DNA of 64,000 nt from Terriglobia bacterium (GTDB lineage: Bacteria > Acidobacteriota > Terriglobia > Versatilivoradales > Versatilivoraceae), in the NCBI GenBank assembly GCA_951813285.1, contig OX638355.1, positions 2,373,136-2,437,135 of the forward strand, written 5' to 3'. Position 1 is the first letter of the stretch; the number at the start of each line of letters is the position of its first letter. The notes beneath the pieces are model-generated. The model was not told the DNA's origin, did not search any database, and saw only the letters and a program-made list of their open reading frames with translations. Made by a program: the position numbers and the translations under genes. Shown here piece after piece: positions 1-8,958 of the stretch.

Positions 1-11
1 GTGGGTCGGGG

Positions 12-953
12 TCAGACGTGGTCGATCTTGCAGAATCGGTCGGCGGTCGCTAGGTGCCTCTCCTGGATCTTCAACCCGGCGTCCAGGGATTTGACCATGG
101 TGACGGATTGGGTGCGGGGTTGAAGGTCGAACAGGGACCGGATGGCGGGCTCGTCGGGCAGCCAGCCTCGAACCTCGGTCTTCCCTATTTTCCCCGCCAG
201 GTCGATGACCAGCCTGAACAGCAGGCGGAGAGAGTCGGACCGTTCCCGTCTGACCGCGAAGTCGCTGAATTGCCAAGCCCCGTCCATCTCGGTGACCCGC
301 ACGTATCCCTGTGTCTGCGACTCCGGGTCTTTCAGCCAATAGAATTCGTCCCCAGGTTGCTTGAGCAAGGTGTATTTCCAGTAGTCGAGCGAACGCGCCA
401 CGGCCAGGGGGTAGGATCCGTGATAGGCGCGGTAGAAGCCTTGCAGCTCGGGTAAGGCCTGAGAAGCGGAAAATCGCTGCAAGGCCCAGGAATGCTCCCC
501 GGTTTCGAGCGGAGCACGATGGGTTGCCGTCCGGGCGTTCCAGGAAGGACAGCCCAGGTAACCCTGCTTGGCATAGTAGCCCGGATCGATGTCGGAGTAG
601 AGAGAACTGAGTCGGGCTCCTTGCTTCTTTCGGTCGCGTTCCGCCCAATCCATGACTGCTGCCGCACAACCCCGCCGCCGATATTCGGGACGGGTGTGAA
701 CCGATCCGATGGAAAAGCCCTCCACCTCCCGGCCGTCGATGTGAAACTTCAAGGGGAAGCATCCCAGCGAAGCCACCACCTTGCCGTCCAGGCATCCGGC
801 ATACCAATGGGCCCGTTGATGTTTGGGCGAAGCCAGTCGGAGTCGAAGGTGCTCTTCCAGAGAGGAAGCCATGGGCCAGAACTCGTAGACATTCTCATAG
901 CACTGCAACCGCTCCTCGGGAGAAGCGGGATGGATATCGAGTGTTTCGGCCAT
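12..953 (-). CDS. GNAT family acetyltransferase (Eis-like)
   Basis: IGSVHTRPEYRRRGCA acetyl-CoA motif A and SLYSDIDPGYYAKQGY; start placed at ATG 953. Confidence 0.8.
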   Translation of the reverse strand: MAETLDIHPASPEERLQCYENVYEFWPMASSLEEHLRLRLASPKHQRAHWYAGCLDGKVVASLGCFPLKFHIDGREVEGFSIGSVHTRPEYRRRGCAAAVMDWAERDRKKQGARLSSLYSDIDPGYYAKQGYLGCPSWNARTATHRAPLETGEHSWALQRFSASQALPELQGFYRAYHGSYPLAVARSLDYWKYTLLKQPGDEFYWLKDPESQTQGYVRVTEMDGAWQFSDFAVRRERSDSLRLLFRLVIDLAGKIGKTEVRGWLPDEPAIRSLFDLQPRTQSVTMVKSLDAGLKIQERHLATADRFCKIDHV

Positions 954-1051
954 GAAATCTCCCCGTCGGAGGCCGGCGGCGCAACGGGCATTGCCGACTC
1001 CACCCATAATCTACTACGGATGGAATCGAAATGGAACGTGAGGTATCGGTC

Positions 1052-3868
1052 ATGATGAAGCCGTTGGTGATGATTAGCCTGGTCGTGCTGCTGGCGCTGT
1101 CCCCGCGGGGGACGGCAGGAGGGCCGGATGAGTCCGGCGACACAGTTATAGCCGGCAAGGGACTCTTCAAGGTCGTCCACCAGGGATTCGAGGCTTTCTC
1201 CAAGGGTGAATTCGAGCATGCCGGTCAAAACATCTATGTCTCCCGAGGTGGGCGCATCCAGCTCATTCACCGCTGGGACCTGAACAACGACGGTTATTAC
1301 GAGTTCGTCTTCAGCAATACCCATAACGTGATGCTGGGTGGGGTGGATGCGCTGGGTTACCTTCAGACGGGGCGGGGATTTCGTTCCGCCATATCGCCCG
1401 TCCACCGTTCCATTGCCCTATACGACCTGTGGCTCCAGGAAGAGAAGAGCCGAGACTGGGTGGTCCGATTTCCGGTCGAGCGTCCCTCCGCCGTGCAGTT
1501 TCACGATCTGGACCGGGACGGTTCGATGGACATTCTCTTTGCCTCCTCGGGAGCCGGAGACACCGTCTCGACCGACAGCCTGATCTACTGGGGCGATCCT
1601 ACCGGGTACCGGACGCGGAGACGGGTGGAACTGCCGACGGTTGGAGCCCGGGACCTGGCGGTCGGCGACCTGAATCGGGACGGCTACACCGACATCGTTT
1701 TTGCCAATTCCGGCAGCAGAAAGCCCCCCAAGATCAACGAGGGATCCTACATTTACTGGGGTTCGGGCGACCGCTACGGCACGCACCACCGGAGCGTGGT
1801 GCCGACCCGGTCCGCGATCGGCTGCGCTTTGGGCGAGGTGAACGGAGACGGCCACCCGGACTTGATCTTCGCCACCTCGGAGCAGGGCCGGGGCGGACTG
1901 TGGTTCTATCCGGGCTCGCCCGAAGGGCCGGATCTTGAGGCCGTGGTCAAGGTTTCGGTCCCCGACCTGCAGTCGGTGCGTGTCGGGGATGTCGACGGTC
2001 TGGGCAAGGTGGTGCTGGCCCTGTCCAAGAAGCGCCTGCGGTTGTTTTCCTGGGATGCGGGAGGTCTGGTAGAGAAAAAGACCCTGGCCCTGGGAGGCGC
2101 CCGGGCCGTCATGGCCGATCTGGATCGGGATGGGCGCACCGACTTGGTGATTGCAAGCGGCGACCGCTCCGTCGTTCTGTGGGGGAAGTCGGGCTGGTCG
2201 ACCGATGCGGCCCTGTGGTTGCCGACCCTGAAGGCCACCGACGTGGCGGTTGCCGATCTCAATGGCGACGACAGACCCGAAATCGCCTTTGCCAACCAGT
2301 TGCAGGGAACTCACGGGGATCTGGATGTGGCTTCGTATGTTTACTGGGGAGAATCCTGGGGCTACGGGACGGAAAGCCGCACCGATCTGCAGACCTTTGG
2401 AGCCACAGCCGTAGCCGCCGGCGACATCGACCGTGACGGCCGCTCGGACCTTCTCTTCGGGAACTCGGGCAGCGGCATCCAGGGGGGAAAGGGTGAAGAG
2501 ATCTACGTCTACTGGGGCCGACCCCACCGGGGCTACAACCCTGCCGCCATGACGGCCTATCCTTGCGTGATGGGGATGGCGACGCTGATGGCGGATCTGG
2601 ATGACGACGATCACGCCGAGCTGCTGGTAGCCAATTCCGGCCGTCACTATAGTGGGAAACCGGGGGCCAGCTACATTTACCGAGGTGGGTCCTCCGGGCC
2701 GTCCTTGGAGGGTCGGCTGGAAATTCCCGCGCAGGAGGTGGGATCCTGGTCCGTGGCCGACCTCAATCGCGACGGCTTTCTGGATGCCCTGGCCTGCGAC
2801 TTCGATTCCCTGGCCATTGCCTGGGGTTCGGCAACGGGAGTTTCCACAGATCCCCAACGCGTCGACGGAGTGGCCAAAGCCAGCCAGAACTGCCGGCTGG
2901 TAGACTTCAACCGGGATGGGTGGCTGGATGTCCTGGTGGCCGATGTGCAGGGCTCCAGGAGCCGGGTGTTGTTGGGAGACGGCCAGGGCTTCTCACTGGA
3001 CCGATCGGCCTGGGTGGAGGCGGCTTTTGTCGCCAACAGCGAGTTTGCCGATCTGGACGGGGACGGTTGGCTGGACATGATGCTCACCCGGTCCTACAAC
3101 TCGTTCGACCGCAACGATTCCTGGATCCGCATCTACCCGGGTAGCCCCGACGGGTTTGCCCAAACCCACCGGTTCGAGTTCCCCACCGCCGGTGCATTCG
3201 ACATGGCCGTGGCCGACCTCGACAGCGACGGCGATCTGGACGTTGCCGTTTCGCAGTACGCTTCCCGGGATCGGCGCAATCTGCCCGTCTACCTCTTCTG
3301 GAACGATGGCAGCGGCCAGTTTTCTTCCGGGAGACGGACGGATCTGCCGGCGGAAAGCTCTTCCGGATTGCTGGCCGCGGACTTCGACGAAGACGGACAC
3401 CGGGATTTGCTGGTCTTCAATCATAAAACCACCTACAAGGAAGACAATCACAGCAACGAGAGCTTCGTCTACTGGGGGTCTCCCCGGGGTTACCACACCC
3501 GCAATCGCAGCTATCTGCCGGCCCACGGACCGCACTTCATGCAGAACGTGGACATTGGAAACCTGTCCAGCCGCAAGGCCGGAGAATCCTACCTGTCGGT
3601 TCCGATCGAGCTGAGCCCGAAACCGGCCACGCTGGTTCTCTCCTTCCAGGCGGAAACTCCGCTGGATTCGGAGGTGAGCTTCGCAGTTCGAACGGCCGGC
3701 ACCTCGGCCGCGCTGGCGCAAGCAGGCTGGCGGGAGCCGGGACCAGGTGGCGAGTTGGCCGTCCGGAAGGAAGATCGCTGGCTGCAGTACCGGGCGACGC
3801 TGAAAGCGGGGCGGGGACATGCGACGCCTTACCTGACCCGCGTAGCCGTGGAGGCAGTGGCGGAGTGA
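1052..3868 (+). CDS. Secreted FG-GAP/VCBS repeat protein
   Basis: Signal peptide and many DLNxDGxxDL repeats followed by IYWG motifs. Confidence 0.85.
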   Translation: MMKPLVMISLVVLLALSPRGTAGGPDESGDTVIAGKGLFKVVHQGFEAFSKGEFEHAGQNIYVSRGGRIQLIHRWDLNNDGYYEFVFSNTHNVMLGGVDALGYLQTGRGFRSAISPVHRSIALYDLWLQEEKSRDWVVRFPVERPSAVQFHDLDRDGSMDILFASSGAGDTVSTDSLIYWGDPTGYRTRRRVELPTVGARDLAVGDLNRDGYTDIVFANSGSRKPPKINEGSYIYWGSGDRYGTHHRSVVPTRSAIGCALGEVNGDGHPDLIFATSEQGRGGLWFYPGSPEGPDLEAVVKVSVPDLQSVRVGDVDGLGKVVLALSKKRLRLFSWDAGGLVEKKTLALGGARAVMADLDRDGRTDLVIASGDRSVVLWGKSGWSTDAALWLPTLKATDVAVADLNGDDRPEIAFANQLQGTHGDLDVASYVYWGESWGYGTESRTDLQTFGATAVAAGDIDRDGRSDLLFGNSGSGIQGGKGEEIYVYWGRPHRGYNPAAMTAYPCVMGMATLMADLDDDDHAELLVANSGRHYSGKPGASYIYRGGSSGPSLEGRLEIPAQEVGSWSVADLNRDGFLDALACDFDSLAIAWGSATGVSTDPQRVDGVAKASQNCRLVDFNRDGWLDVLVADVQGSRSRVLLGDGQGFSLDRSAWVEAAFVANSEFADLDGDGWLDMMLTRSYNSFDRNDSWIRIYPGSPDGFAQTHRFEFPTAGAFDMAVADLDSDGDLDVAVSQYASRDRRNLPVYLFWNDGSGQFSSGRRTDLPAESSSGLLAADFDEDGHRDLLVFNHKTTYKEDNHSNESFVYWGSPRGYHTRNRSYLPAHGPHFMQNVDIGNLSSRKAGESYLSVPIELSPKPATLVLSFQAETPLDSEVSFAVRTAGTSAALAQAGWREPGPGGELAVRKEDRWLQYRATLKAGRGHATPYLTRVAVEAVAE

Positions 3869-3914
3869 GGGAGAGTGGGGATCGGGGAGTGGAGAGTGGA
3901 GAGACCCGCCCCCG

Positions 3915-3998
3915 CCCTGTCGGGAACAAGAGCCATGTCGTGCTAAACCGGTTTTCTACTTATTGAACATGGATGCACAGGATAAACAGGATAAACAT
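3915..3998 (+). repeat. Partial copy of the large intergenic composite repeat
   Basis: CGGGAACAAGAGCCATGTCGTGCTAAACCGGTTTTCTAC...CATGGATGCACAGGATAAACAGGATA matches ~63370-63450 and the reverse complement of ~44067-44150. Confidence 0.85.
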
Positions 3999-4042
3999 CA
4001 TTGCGTCGGCTTGTGCTTCACTTGGGCACACCGGCATTTGCT

Positions 4043-4128
4043 GCCGCCGCCTACGCGGCTCGACACCCATAGGCGACGTTTCCCATGGGCTGACGCCCAC
4101 GGCTAAGTGCTGCCGCGGCTACGCCGCT
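4043..4128. repeat. REP/REPIN-like palindromic unit
   Basis: CCATGGGCTGACGCCCACGG hairpin flanked by GCCGCCTACGCGGCT; related units at 5854-5941, 6088-6171 and 63858-63953. Confidence 0.75.
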
Positions 4129-4146
4129 CTCAAGAAAGCCGGCTAG

Positions 4147-5725
4147 GAGTCTGCGCCGCAGAAAACCCATCAGGGCTGAATGATACAATAAGGGGCACAG
4201 AGAGAACATTGGAGGTGGTGGATGGGGATAAGGTTTCGCCCGTATCAACCGAAGCAGCTGTTGATGTTGCCGCCGGACCTGGGGGAGTGGGTAGGGGAAG
4301 GGCACTTGGCCCATCAGGTGAGTGAGTTGGTGGATGGGCTGGAGTTGAGAGCATTTTACAAGCCCTATGAAGAGGACGGGAGGCGCAACTCGCCCTACGA
4401 GCCGCGGATGATGGTGAAGGTGTTGATTTACGCCTATGCGACGGGGGTATTCTCGTCGCGCAAGATCGCCAGGAAGCTGGAGGAAGACGTGGCGTTTCGG
4501 ATGCTGGCGGCGGGGAACTTTCCGCAGCATCGGACGCTGAGCGAGTTTCGCCGCCGACACTTGAAGGACTTCAAGAAGCTGTTCGTACAGGTGGTGAGCT
4601 TGGCACGGGAGATGGGGATGGTGGGATTGGGGCGTTTGGGGATCGATGGGACGAAAGTGCGGGCGAACGCGAGCCGGCGCAAGGCGATGAGCTATGGTCG
4701 GATGCGGGAGCGGGAGCGGCAACTGAGGGAAGAGATCCATGAGTTGTTGAAGAAGGCGCGGCGGGAGGACAGGGAGGAAGATGAGCGCTACGGGGAAGAC
4801 CGGCGTGGGGACGAGTTGCCGGAGGAGTTGCGTCGGCGGGAAGACCGGCTGGCGGCGATCGAGGCGGCCAAGCAACGGCTGGAGGCGGCGCAGCGAGAGG
4901 CCGACGACGAACGGGGCCGGAAACCGGGGCAAGAGCGGAACCCGAAAGGGGGAAGACCGTACAAGCGGGACTACGGGGAAGTGGAGGAGAAGGCGCAGAG
5001 CAACTTCACCGATCCGGAGAGCCGGATCATGAAGACCAGCACGGAGGGGTTCCAGCAGTGCTACAACGCGCAGGTGGCGGTGGACGGAGAGCAGCAGATC
5101 ATTGTGGCCACCGAGGTAACGGCGCAGGCGAGCGATCAGGGACAGATGATGGGGTTGTTGGAGGAGGTGGAGGAGACCTTCGAGGAGACACCCCAACAGG
5201 TGCTGGCGGATGCGGGCTACTGCAATGAGGGGGACTTGCAGGAACTGGAAGCGAGGGGAGTGGACGGTTACGTGGCGCTGGGGCGTGAGGGGAAGCGGGC
5301 GGTGGACGTCAATCCCGGCCGGTATCCGGCCAGGAGTCGTATGAGGAAGAAGCTGGCGAGTCTGGCCGGTCAGGTAGCCTATGCGCGGCGGAAGTGGATT
5401 GCCGAAGCCCCCCATGGGTGGATCAAGGAGGGGCTGGGATTTCGACGGTTCAGTCTGCGGGGCTTGCAGTCAGTGCAAGGGGAGTGGGACTTGGTGTGTC
5501 TGGCTCTCAACATCAAGAGGATGAGTGCGTTGATGGCGGCCTGAAGCAAGGGATTTCTACCTAATCCAGAGGACCAGGACGGTCCTCAACCTGCCATTCC
5601 GGGAGCCCGCAGGTGGCTTGAGACTCTATCGACGCCAAAGCGGCTCCCAAGCACTCCTTCGAACAGTTCTTCGACAAGATTCTCTCGCTCTCCCACCTTC
5701 CGAAATCGTCCTGCGGCGCAGACTC
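4147..5725 (+). mobile_element. IS1182-family insertion sequence
   Basis: Perfect 15-bp TIRs GAGTCTGCGCCGCAG (4147-4161) / CTGCGGCGCAGACTC (5711-5725), CTAG on both sides (4143-4146, 5726-5729). Confidence 0.9.
4222..5544 (+). CDS. IS1182-family transposase
   Basis: PYEPRMMVKVLIYAYATGVFSSRKI, IDGTKVRANAS, NFTDPESRIM, LADAGY motifs. Confidence 0.93.
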   Translation: MGIRFRPYQPKQLLMLPPDLGEWVGEGHLAHQVSELVDGLELRAFYKPYEEDGRRNSPYEPRMMVKVLIYAYATGVFSSRKIARKLEEDVAFRMLAAGNFPQHRTLSEFRRRHLKDFKKLFVQVVSLAREMGMVGLGRLGIDGTKVRANASRRKAMSYGRMRERERQLREEIHELLKKARREDREEDERYGEDRRGDELPEELRRREDRLAAIEAAKQRLEAAQREADDERGRKPGQERNPKGGRPYKRDYGEVEEKAQSNFTDPESRIMKTSTEGFQQCYNAQVAVDGEQQIIVATEVTAQASDQGQMMGLLEEVEETFEETPQQVLADAGYCNEGDLQELEARGVDGYVALGREGKRAVDVNPGRYPARSRMRKKLASLAGQVAYARRKWIAEAPHGWIKEGLGFRRFSLRGLQSVQGEWDLVCLALNIKRMSALMAA

Positions 5726-5853
5726 CTAGAGCAGCATATTCTCAGACAAGTCCGGCCCCCGCCCAGGTGTGCGGATCATACGAGAGTAAAACAGGGGAGT
5801 TCCTGACAGGCGTGGCTTTGGGGAGGCCGTGGGGTCTCGGAACGCGGTTTTTA

Positions 5854-6171
5854 AGTCGCCGCCTTCGCGGCTAGGGCAGTGCAGGGTCCACACGCCCCCG
5901 GGCTAACGCCCGGGGCTAAGTGCTGGCGCGGCTACGCCGCTTTATAAGGAAGGTCTGTAGGAGGGGTTTCCTCCCCAGACCTGGCTCAACCGCGGCTTCG
6001 CCGCTCTCTCCGAAGTCAAGACATTGCTCGGACGCGGGATGCTTATTTAAATGATTATCTCCCGTGCGTCAGCCCGGGGTTCCAGACAGCCGCCAAGGCG
6101 GCGGCAGCGCTTAGCCGTGGGCGTCAGCCCATGGAATAGGGCAAGTCCCCCCGAGCCGCGTAGGCGGCGAC
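5854..6171. repeat. Cluster of REP-like palindromes
   Basis: CCCGGGCTAACGCCCGGG and CCGTGGGCGTCAGCCCATGG hairpins with GCCGCGTAGGCGGC-type flanks. Confidence 0.7.
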
Positions 6172-6180
6172 TACAATAGA

Positions 6181-6320
6181 AAACTTGTAACTGCTCATTA
6201 TAATAGACCTACTGTGGTTTGTCCTGTTGTAATCCCCTCATTATATCCCTCTAATTGAACGGGAATCCACTGGACTATTCAGGACGTTGGTGGACAGTAA
6301 CTGTTCGGTCAAGCCGTGGA
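6181..6320 (+). repeat. att-arm-like repeat, copy 1
   Basis: TGTAA..TATAATAGAC..CCCTCATTATATCCCTC..GGAATCCACTGGAC..CAGGACGTTGGTGGAC; homologous to 11468-11595 and 27451-27562; CCCCCCATTATA also lies at the integrase 5' end (21711-21722). Confidence 0.65.
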
Positions 6321-6499
6321 AGAACGGTCAGTCGTCATCCTCCCCACAGCGATCAAGCCACATTGCATCGGTGTCGCCGCTGAGCCACCAACGCAGCGGC
6401 TGGACCACCCCCCGGACAGGCCAGCCGAGGGTGCTCGCCAGCCGCGAAACCCCTCTACACAGCTGGCGAACCGACCCTATCGTTCCGACACCACGGGTC

Positions 6500-6907
6500 T
6501 CATCTCCGCTCTCTGCCCCCAGTCCCGATGGAGGTGGAAGGGGGACGCTTCGTCGGTTGCTCGGTCGGCATAAAGGACAAACCCGGAGGAGGTCGACCCC
6601 ACGGCTTGACCGAACGGTTACGGTGGACAGGTCTTACGATGTTGCAACCCCCGAGACTCTGCGTCCGAGACCGTCGAGCGGGGTGGTAGGCTGCCCCTGG
6701 GTTCGGATCGGAGATATTGGGTTGTGAGCCTCCTCCAGCCTTGCCCTTCTCGGCCTCTGGGCCATTTGTGGTCTTCGGTTCTTCGAGGGACTCATCGACG
6801 AGGGCGCGCAGCCAGGAGCCGACGTTGAAGTGCCGCTGGATGCCGAGGCGCTGGAGACCTTGACGGGTTTCGGGAGAGACGGGGATATGAAGTGGAACAT
6901 GGTGCAA
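6500..6907 (-). CDS. Small ribbon-helix-helix (CopG/MobC-like) protein, possibly degenerate
   Basis: VPLHIPVSPETRQGLQRLGIQRHFNVGSWLRALVDESLE fits the strand-helix-helix pattern; start uncertain (TTG 6907 or ATG 6991). Confidence 0.5.
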   Translation of the reverse strand: MHHVPLHIPVSPETRQGLQRLGIQRHFNVGSWLRALVDESLEEPKTTNGPEAEKGKAGGGSQPNISDPNPGAAYHPARRSRTQSLGGCNIVRPVHRNRSVKPWGRPPPGLSFMPTEQPTKRPPSTSIGTGGRERR

Positions 6908-6980
6908 CAAAAAGGCACACAACAACACATAGAGCAACAAACAGGTTACAAAGCTACACAAAGCCACACGGAGTAGACAC
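6904..6980. repeat. Iteron-like array of short CAACAA/CACAC units
   Basis: gcaacaa-aaaggcacac-aacaacacat-agagcaacaa-acaggttaca-aagctacaca-aagccacacg with ~10-nt spacing. Confidence 0.5.
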
Positions 6981-7019
6981 TCCTCCTCCATGAGCGCGAA
7001 AGCGCGCCTGGAGGCCTTC

Positions 7020-7440
7020 CCGCAAGGGATCACTGTGGAGGGAGCGACCCCCAAAAGGGGAGGGGAGGTGGTGGATTTTGGCGTGCACCACCTCCCCCTG
7101 CCCGGTGCCGCACCAGCGGTCAAAAAGGGGGGGTCGCTCCCTCCACTTCCTCCCCCTCTCGTGCGGTGCGGCGAGGCGCCGTGCGAGGCGGGGGACACGC
7201 AGGCCGACGCCCTACGGCGCTTTACCGCAGAGGACTCGGGCAATCCGTGCCAACCCGCGTCCAATGCGGATTTCCAAGAATAGCCTCGACCACAACGGCG
7301 AGGGGTGCGCCCTCTGATAGTGCAGATTTGTAATTGTCAAAATCGTGCACCACCTGCCTGCGCCACCCCCCATTTGTAACCGTGTCACCCATACGACGCC
7401 ACGTCCTTGACCCCCAGAGGCGGAAATCGTCAATCATTCC
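7020..7440 (+). other. Conserved multi-hairpin non-coding module, copy A
   Basis: 18-bp stem 7035-7052/7129-7146, inner 12-bp stem 7062-7073/7086-7097, further stems; inverted homologue at 11038-11450. Confidence 0.75.
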
Positions 7441-7854
7441 ACGACCGTTGGAGGCCGGGTTTTTCTGTTCCCATTGGTCGATCTTCTCCACAATAACATC
7501 GAGGCCGCCATGGCGTTCGACGGCGTCCCGACCGGCATCACCGATCGCCTGCCGGAGCCCCACTGCTCGTGTCGCGACCGTTGCCGTGTCTCGGGATGCC
7601 CAAGCCTGGAGAACACGCTTGTTACGGTCGAGATGGTGCTGGTCCCAAGCGACCGCAAATACTTCGACAGTCCGGCTTGCATTGCAACCGGCCGGTTGAG
7701 TATGGTGGGTCTTATCTGTCGAAGAAATCGTCGAAGAAATCGGGAGCGGTACAAGGCCAACTTTCGAGACCATTCCTGATGAGTCCACAGCATGCTTTCG
7801 TAAACGCCCACGCCGTTGTCACTGTCGGGCCGGTAGTGTGCTGTAATATCTGGA

Positions 7855-8152
7855 ATCAGCGCCTACGATGGGTTGCCGAACCTTGATAAGGTGAGGCACC
7901 CACGCGGAGAGTACGTCAAAGGGGCAACGTACACTAATGGCGTAGAGAGCTTCTGGGCGCTGCTGAAGCGGGTATACTACGGGACCTACCACTACTGGAG
8001 CAAGAAGCACCTGCCACGTTAATTGGAGGAATTTAGTCAGAGAAGCAACATGCGTCCACTAAACATCATTGACCAAACGGCTAAGGTGTTCCATGGGATT
8101 GGGGGGTCGGAGTTTGACTTGGAGGGAGTTGGTGGGGCGACTTGAGTACTGA
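7855..8152 (+). pseudogene. IS1595-family transposase C-terminal remnant
   Basis: SAYDGLPN..VRH..GEYV / VHTNGVESFWALLKRVYYGTYHYWSKKHLPR*LEEF..RSLTWREL with frameshifts and an in-frame stop. Confidence 0.8.
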
Positions 8153-8300
8153 TTGTTGTGTGGATAGATCGAAGCTCTGCCAGAATCCTCTCTACGTCTT
8201 TCCACACCCACCAGAAAATCAAGAAAAACAAAACGCTTAGACTGAGACTGATAGGCGAAACAACAATGTCGCAAACAATTCCGGGTTCTTCCTCCATCAC
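8037..8300 (-). CDS. Small hypothetical membrane protein
   Basis: One hydrophobic segment; start overlaps the stop of the lipoprotein gene. Confidence 0.4.
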   Translation of the reverse strand: MMEEEPGIVCDIVVSPISLSLSVLFFLIFWWVWKDVERILAELRSIHTTISTQVAPPTPSKSNSDPPIPWNTLAVWSMMFSGRMLLL

Positions 8301-8716
8301 TCAAAGCTCCTGCGCAGTTTGTTCAGGCCTACAGTTTCTACATCCGGCCTAGGCTTAATGAGCACTCCCCCATCCAGGTGCTCTGGGACCAATATAACCT
8401 CTTTGCGCTTTTCCTCAGACCCACATTCCATCCTATACACTTGAGCCCCGGCATTAGGGTCTTCCATGTCGTCTTCCGGACCGTACATACGTGAATACCT
8501 CTTCCAGCCCCCCTGTTCCTTGATCTCATTCGGAGCACACGGCCCTCCGCGCAGTACGCCAAAAGCAGCGACAACGAAAGCCTCTTTGTGCTTTTCGTAG
8601 TCGTCTGACTCCTGAACCAGTGTGTCGAAAAACTCCTTGTCTTCAGGTGAGACTTTATACGCAGATGGAGTACAGCTCAGTAAGGAAACAACCATGATGA
8701 GTAGAAGGGCTCTCAT
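8297..8716 (-). CDS. Hypothetical lipoprotein
   Basis: MRALLLIMVVSLLS-C lipobox and strong AAGGAGGAG RBS. Confidence 0.7.
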   Translation of the reverse strand: MRALLLIMVVSLLSCTPSAYKVSPEDKEFFDTLVQESDDYEKHKEAFVVAAFGVLRGGPCAPNEIKEQGGWKRYSRMYGPEDDMEDPNAGAQVYRMECGSEEKRKEVILVPEHLDGGVLIKPRPDVETVGLNKLRRSFE

Positions 8717-8958
8717 TACTCCTCCTTAGTCGCGGGACAGTCCGGGGTGGGACTGTCCCGCAGGGCTCCCCGATGGCGCGGGAGGGGAGGGGAGCCAATC
8801 TCTATTCAAACAACCGATCCAGCTTCCGGTTGAGGACAATCTTTGGCGGTTCGCTTAGTCTTCGAAGTAGCCAAAACGTGAAAATCGCCAGACATGGGGT
8901 TAACACTTGCTTGCCACTTGGGCCTGGCGACGGAGCAATTTCCTCAAGAAAGAAGCTA

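Noticed and set aside
7020..7440. Group II intron or retron RNA as the identity of the hairpin module
   Set aside because: No domain V motif and no reverse transcriptase in the window
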